Shown here: positions 28,534 to 33,108 of the stretch, piece by piece
Position numbering within the stretch: position 1 is the stretch's first letter
Layout of the letters: each line of letters begins with the position of its first letter
NCBI GenBank assembly: GCA_964465765.1
Contig: CAYXLA010000002.1
Coordinates: 1 to 33,108, forward strand
Length of the DNA stretch: 33,108 bases
DNA from: an uncultured Bacteroidaceae bacterium
GTDB lineage: Bacteria > Bacteroidota > Bacteroidia > Bacteroidales > Bacteroidaceae
Direction: 5' to 3'
Notes under the pieces: generated by a model
What the model saw: only the letters and a program-made list of their open reading frames with translations
What the model was told of the DNA's origin: nothing
The model's database searches: none
Program-made: the position numbers and the translations under genes

Positions 28534-29778
28534 ATGAATCTGCCGCTGTTCGTTGCACGCCGCATCAGTAGGGGCGATGGAGCTTCCGCCAAGGTGTCGC
28601 GCCCGGCAGTGCTGATTGCCAAGATTGGCGTGGCTGTGAGTGTGGCGGTGATGATCATCACCGTCGCTGTCGTCAGCGGCTTCAAGCAGCAGGTCAGCAG
28701 CAAGGTGGCAGGCTTCGGTGCACACCTGCAACTCTCCGACGTCAACTCCGTCTTCTCCTTCGAGCAAAACCCCATCGTCGTCGACGACAGCATCGTCCGT
28801 CTGCTCAGTTCCAGCGACGCTGTGCTCTCCGTGCAGCGCTATTCGTTGAAGCCCACCATGCTCAAGACCGAGACAGCCTTTCAGGGTGCAGTACTCAAGG
28901 GTGTGGGCTCCGACTTCGATGCCGACTTTCTGCGGCAGAGCCTTCGTGAAGGCGTCGTGCCCGACTTCAGCAACTCCCAGACTTCAAACAAGGTCGTGCT
29001 GTCCAGTGCCGTGGCATCCAACCTGCAGCTCTCCCTTGGCGACAAAATCAACCTCTACTTCATCGACGACAACGTGCGTGTGCGCCGTCTGGAGGTTGTT
29101 GGCATCTACGAGACCAACCTCACCGAGTTCGACAACGTCTACCTCTTCACCGACGTCAGCCTCGTCAACCGTCTCAATGGCTGGTCCGACGATGAGTTCT
29201 CCGGAGCCGAAGTGCGGCTGCGCGACTTCTCCGTCCTCGACGACGAATACTACCGTGCCAGCGACATCTTCAACAGCACCTCCGACCGCAACGGCTCACG
29301 CTATTGCATCACCAACATCCGTCAGCTCTATCCCGCCATCTTCTCCTGGCTCGACATTCTCGACGTCAACATTTGGGTCATCCTCGTACTTATGATTGGC
29401 ATCGCCGGCTTCACCATGATCTCCGGACTGCTCATCATCATCATCGAACGCACCTCCATGATTGGTCTGCTCAAGTCGCAGGGCGCCCCCGACGGCATGA
29501 TTCGCCGCGTGTTCCTCTGGCTGTCGTCATTCATCATCCTTCGCGGTGTGCTGTGGGGCGATGTCATCGGCATCGGACTCTGCCTCCTGCAACAACATTT
29601 CGGCTTGTTCCGCCTCGATGCCGCCACCTACTACATGGACACAGTGCCCGTAAGCCTCAGTCTGCCTGCACTCCTGCTCATCAATGTCGGTGCAGTGGTC
29701 GTCTCCGTCCTCATGCTCGTCGGTCCCTCCTGCATCGTCTCCCGCATCAGTCCAGCCACAACAATGAGATACGAGTGA
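28534..29778 (+). CDS. LolC/LolE (FtsX-like) ABC transporter permease
   Basis: N-terminal TM ending in VVSGF, periplasmic domain, ERTSMIGLLKSQGA, C-terminal P...MRYE. Confidence 0.9.
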   Translation: MNLPLFVARRISRGDGASAKVSRPAVLIAKIGVAVSVAVMIITVAVVSGFKQQVSSKVAGFGAHLQLSDVNSVFSFEQNPIVVDDSIVRLLSSSDAVLSVQRYSLKPTMLKTETAFQGAVLKGVGSDFDADFLRQSLREGVVPDFSNSQTSNKVVLSSAVASNLQLSLGDKINLYFIDDNVRVRRLEVVGIYETNLTEFDNVYLFTDVSLVNRLNGWSDDEFSGAEVRLRDFSVLDDEYYRASDIFNSTSDRNGSRYCITNIRQLYPAIFSWLDILDVNIWVILVLMIGIAGFTMISGLLIIIIERTSMIGLLKSQGAPDGMIRRVFLWLSSFIILRGVLWGDVIGIGLCLLQQHFGLFRLDAATYYMDTVPVSLSLPALLLINVGAVVVSVLMLVGPSCIVSRISPATTMRYE

Positions 29779-29788
29779 TGGGTTGTGT

Positions 29789-30385
29789 TTATAGCACGCC
29801 TGACCTTACTCGGCTCAGTGTCTCGGGCGACATCAGCAGATAGGAGGCAATGTGTTGCAGCGGAGCACGCTTGGCAGCCTCGGGATATTCCTGTAGGAAT
29901 CGCTCGTAGCGCTCCTTCGAGCTCTCGAAGCGGAACGCATCAGCCTTGTGTTGTGAGATAATCAGGTCGTGCTCCTGATAGACGCGATAGAAACGGCACA
30001 GCCCTGCCGACTTCTCCATTAGGTTGGCGAGGCGGGCGTAGTTGACGTAGTAGACCACCGACGGCTCCAGTGCCTCCGCCATCAGGCGTGTGGGAATCTG
30101 GCAGTAGACGCTCTCTATGCAGTGCATCGAGCCGCCCTCGCTCGTGAAGTGCTCCGTAACGCTGTGTCCGTCCTTGTAGTAGAACTGCCGCACAAGTCCC
30201 TTGTCGACATACACTATGTGGCGGCACACCATGCCTTCGGTGACGAACACCTCGCCTTTCTTCAGCTTGCGTCGCTCGTCAATGAGGCTGGCAAACAGTT
30301 GCAAGTCCTCCTCGCTCAACTTCAGATACTTGCCCGTAAACTCCCGTGCAATCGTGATATAGTCCTTAAATTCAGTCCGTGCCAT
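29789..30385 (-). CDS. Crp/Fnr family transcriptional regulator
   Basis: cNMP-binding fold (LKKGE, KGLVRQFY) and IASYLLMSPETLSRVR HTH; start at MARTEF. Confidence 0.92.
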   Translation of the reverse strand: MARTEFKDYITIAREFTGKYLKLSEEDLQLFASLIDERRKLKKGEVFVTEGMVCRHIVYVDKGLVRQFYYKDGHSVTEHFTSEGGSMHCIESVYCQIPTRLMAEALEPSVVYYVNYARLANLMEKSAGLCRFYRVYQEHDLIISQHKADAFRFESSKERYERFLQEYPEAAKRAPLQHIASYLLMSPETLSRVRSGVL

Positions 30386-30424
30386 CCTGTGTGTGTATAT
30401 ATTGGTGTGCTGACAAATATACAC

Positions 30425-30462
30425 AAAAAAACAACGTCCAACAGCAATGTGCCGTTGGACGT
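30425..30462 (-). terminator. Intrinsic terminator after the phosphate transporter
   Basis: ACGTCCAACAGCA / TGCCGTTGGACGT stem (G:U on the minus strand) followed by a minus-strand U7. Confidence 0.75.
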
Positions 30463-30467
30463 CGGAT

Positions 30468-30559
30468 TGTTATATGTTACGTATTGTGTTTTATGTGTTA
30501 TGTGATAGGTGTGGTACGTGTACGTTTCACCCAACATTCAACGCCCAACACCCAACACC
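30468..30559. repeat. Heptamer arrays TGTTATG-like x6 (30468-30509) and CACCCAA x4 (30528-30559)
   Basis: Units read directly from the sequence. Confidence 0.75.
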
Positions 30560-30571
30560 GAGCGAAGCTCC

Positions 30572-32821
30572 TCACTCCATGAACTTCTTCGCCGACCTCA
30601 GCTGGTGACGCATCACGCTAAGCAGCTGCTGCGTCTCCTGCAGCGTATTCAGATATACCATATCCACCTGCAGGTCCTTCGCACCACGGCTCTGCTGCAT
30701 GCGGTTCAGGTGCTGCTTGCGCAGTGCCGACAGCTGGTCCTTGCAGTCGTCAGCGTCAGCCAACACCTCGCGGTACTGCTGATAGTGGTCGGTCTTTATC
30801 GTCTCGTAGGTCATACGCATCAGGTTGTTCACGCGCTGGCGCACATCCTCATATTCGCTCTTGTAAGCATCGGGAATCGGCGAGAAGTTGTTGTCGACAT
30901 GCTCCTTCACCGGCGACAGCATGCGTCGCAGTGTGTAGACATACTGCTGGTCGGCATTGGCTCCGACGTGGAACCACGTGTTGCGCTCTATGGCAATCTC
31001 CATTGGCGACCGCTTCAGTCCCAGCATCTCCTGGCGGCGGCACTTCTTCAGCTCCTCCAGCTCGCGCTTCATGTCCTTGTCTGCACGGCGCAGCATCTTC
31101 ACGTTCTGCGCATTCAGACCGTCGATTATGTTGTTATACTCCGTAATGGCATATTTGCACACCATCGACTGCGTCTCACGCACATGCTTGCGAAGCATCT
31201 CCCACACCAGTTCCGGGTCGCGTGTACGCATCATCACGCGGAAGGTGTCGTTGTCTTGCTTTGCCAGCTCCATCTTGCGCTTATACTGACGGTTGCTGTG
31301 CACCAGAATCACGATTACCAGCACCATAAACACAACCTGTATGGCAGGACCGCCGTACCACATGCACAGGCACACCAGCGCACACGAGATGAATGCCACA
31401 CCTGCCGTGATGAACCATCCGCCGATGACACTCAGCACGCCAGTCACGCGGAACACAGCACTCTCGCGGCTCCATGCCCTGTCTGCCAAGCTCGTACCCA
31501 TTGCCACCATAAACGTCACGTAGGTCGTCGACAGCGGCAGCTTGTTGTTCGTACCGAAGGTGATCAGCATCGACGCAATCACCAGATTCACTGCAGCCCT
31601 AACAACGTCGAACGCTGCCTTGTCGTCGGTCAGCTCCACGCTGGCAGAGTTGAAGCGGCTGTTAATCCATGTGCGGAAGCCCTGCGGAAACAGGCGCGAC
31701 ACAAACTCAATGATGTTTTGACACACCCTAACGATGGCGCGTGCACTGCGGCTCGAACCGAACATCTCGTCGCCCTCGTCCTGACGTGCCAGGTCTACCG
31801 ACGTCTTAATGACGTTCTGTGCCTTCTTCGATGTTGCCATTGCCATAATCATAATCATGCCTGCAATCATCAGGTACAGAGGCGGTGTCTTCGCACTCTC
31901 CTTCAGCGACGACATCATGAACGAGTCGATGTCAGCTCCGCCGTTGTTTGCCACGTAGTCCTGAAACGAGTCCAGACCAGCCAGTGGCACACCAATGAAG
32001 TTCACGAGGTCATTGCCCGCAAACGCCATTGCCAGGGCAAACGTTCCCATCAGCACCGTGAAGCGGAAGATGTTCACCTTCATCAGGTGCAGCACCTCCA
32101 TCACTATCGACGAGCCAATGAACGTCAGCACCAGCAGCATGTTCGTATTCTCCTCAATATATGTCCGTACGCCCTCCGACAGGTAAGGGCTTGCACCCAC
32201 ACCCTTCAAGAAGATGAAGTAGCTCAGTGCCGTAAATGCAATGCCGCCGAAGATGGCAATCGAATAGCGCGAATGCTTGCCGTAGTTGAAGGTGAACACC
32301 ACGCGGCTAATCCACATCACCACCATACCCACGACGAACGAAATGGCTACCGACACAAATATCGCAATGATCACCTGCAGTGCCTTGTCCGAGTTCAGCA
32401 GCACACCGTAGTCCAGAGTCGGGTCTGCCACCACCTTCAGTATCGCCAGCATCACCGTGCCGCCCAGCAGCTCAAACACTAGCGACACCGTTGTCGACGT
32501 CGGCATGCCCAGCGTGTTAAACACATCCAGAATCAGTATGTCCGTCACCATCACCGCCAGGAAAATCGTCATCACCTCGTGAAACGAATAATGCTCCGGC
32601 GTCATAATGCCATGTCGTGCCACGTCCATCATGCCCGACGACAGCACAGCTCCCATCAGCACGCCCACCGACGCAATAATCAACACAGTTCTGAAACTTG
32701 CCACCCGTGCACCCACGGCAGACTGAAGGAAGTTCACGGCATCGTTGCTCACACCCACGTGCAAGTCAAACACCGCCAGGCATAGCAGGAACACGACTAT
32801 GCAAAGATAAATGGTCTCCAT
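30572..32821 (-). CDS. PiT-family inorganic phosphate transporter with helical (PhoU-like) C-terminus
   Basis: GVSNDAVN, GMPTSTT, AGNDLVN and LPLSTT PiT signatures; start at METIYL. Confidence 0.92.
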   Translation of the reverse strand: METIYLCIVVFLLCLAVFDLHVGVSNDAVNFLQSAVGARVASFRTVLIIASVGVLMGAVLSSGMMDVARHGIMTPEHYSFHEVMTIFLAVMVTDILILDVFNTLGMPTSTTVSLVFELLGGTVMLAILKVVADPTLDYGVLLNSDKALQVIIAIFVSVAISFVVGMVVMWISRVVFTFNYGKHSRYSIAIFGGIAFTALSYFIFLKGVGASPYLSEGVRTYIEENTNMLLVLTFIGSSIVMEVLHLMKVNIFRFTVLMGTFALAMAFAGNDLVNFIGVPLAGLDSFQDYVANNGGADIDSFMMSSLKESAKTPPLYLMIAGMIMIMAMATSKKAQNVIKTSVDLARQDEGDEMFGSSRSARAIVRVCQNIIEFVSRLFPQGFRTWINSRFNSASVELTDDKAAFDVVRAAVNLVIASMLITFGTNNKLPLSTTYVTFMVAMGTSLADRAWSRESAVFRVTGVLSVIGGWFITAGVAFISCALVCLCMWYGGPAIQVVFMVLVIVILVHSNRQYKRKMELAKQDNDTFRVMMRTRDPELVWEMLRKHVRETQSMVCKYAITEYNNIIDGLNAQNVKMLRRADKDMKRELEELKKCRRQEMLGLKRSPMEIAIERNTWFHVGANADQQYVYTLRRMLSPVKEHVDNNFSPIPDAYKSEYEDVRQRVNNLMRMTYETIKTDHYQQYREVLADADDCKDQLSALRKQHLNRMQQSRGAKDLQVDMVYLNTLQETQQLLSVMRHQLRSAKKFME

Positions 32822-32898
32822 AACACTCTCTTTTTTTCTTACTCTTTGTAACTTAAATTCGCAATACCTAATTCTCAGCCGCGAAATTATGTCACCGG

Positions 32899-32938
32899 TG
32901 TTACAGCCCCTTTTCATACATGTTACAATGCTGTTACA
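32899..32938 (-). promoter_or_regulatory. Pho-box-like 11-bp-phased direct repeats upstream of the transporter
   Basis: TGTTACA at 32899, 32921 and 32932 (spacings 22 and 11). Confidence 0.6.
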
Positions 32939-32966
32939 ACTTGGCGGCACCGACGCAGGCGATGTC

Positions 32967-33108
32967 GGGTGTTGGGTGTTGGGTGTTGGATGTTGGGTGT
33001 TGGATGATGGGTGTTGGATGATGGGTGTTGGATGTTGGGTGTTGGATGTTGGATGATGGATGTTGGATGTTGGATGTTGGATGTTGGATGATGGATGTTG
33101 GATGATGG
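32967..33108. repeat. Heptamer tandem repeat GGRTGWT, at least 20 units, running off the window end
   Basis: gggtgtt/ggatgtt/ggatgat units in perfect register; reverse complement of the CACCCAA family. Confidence 0.97.

Overview
Chromosomal window from a moderately GC-rich Bacteroidales (Prevotella-like) bacterium; the taxonomy is inferred from TAnnTTTG promoters, an S46 peptidase, DUF2582 and a split hisGDCB operon. Genes in order: AAA/STAND-like ATPase, flavodoxin lipoprotein, nitroreductase, DUF2582 wHTH protein, orphan TonB-receptor-like beta-barrel, prs, carAB, two tandem CE1-type esterases, an attenuated his operon (unannotated His7 leader, hisG, a single-ORF HisD-HisC fusion, hisB), sdaA, dpp7, DUF4369-like lipoprotein, cdd, GH73-LysM, class I/II aminotransferase, LolC/E permease, Crp/Fnr regulator and a PiT phosphate transporter with pho-box-like repeats. 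The least explained signal is non-coding. Three long intergenic islands (about 110-580, 7970-8340 and 15740-16400) are stacked mosaics of short tandem arrays whose sequences differ but whose period is 22 or 23 bp, mixed with 7-bp repeats. There are also a three-hairpin REP/MITE-like element in three copies and an exact recurrent 12-mer, CCTTATTATATA. No rRNA, tRNA, CRISPR array or transposase was seen.
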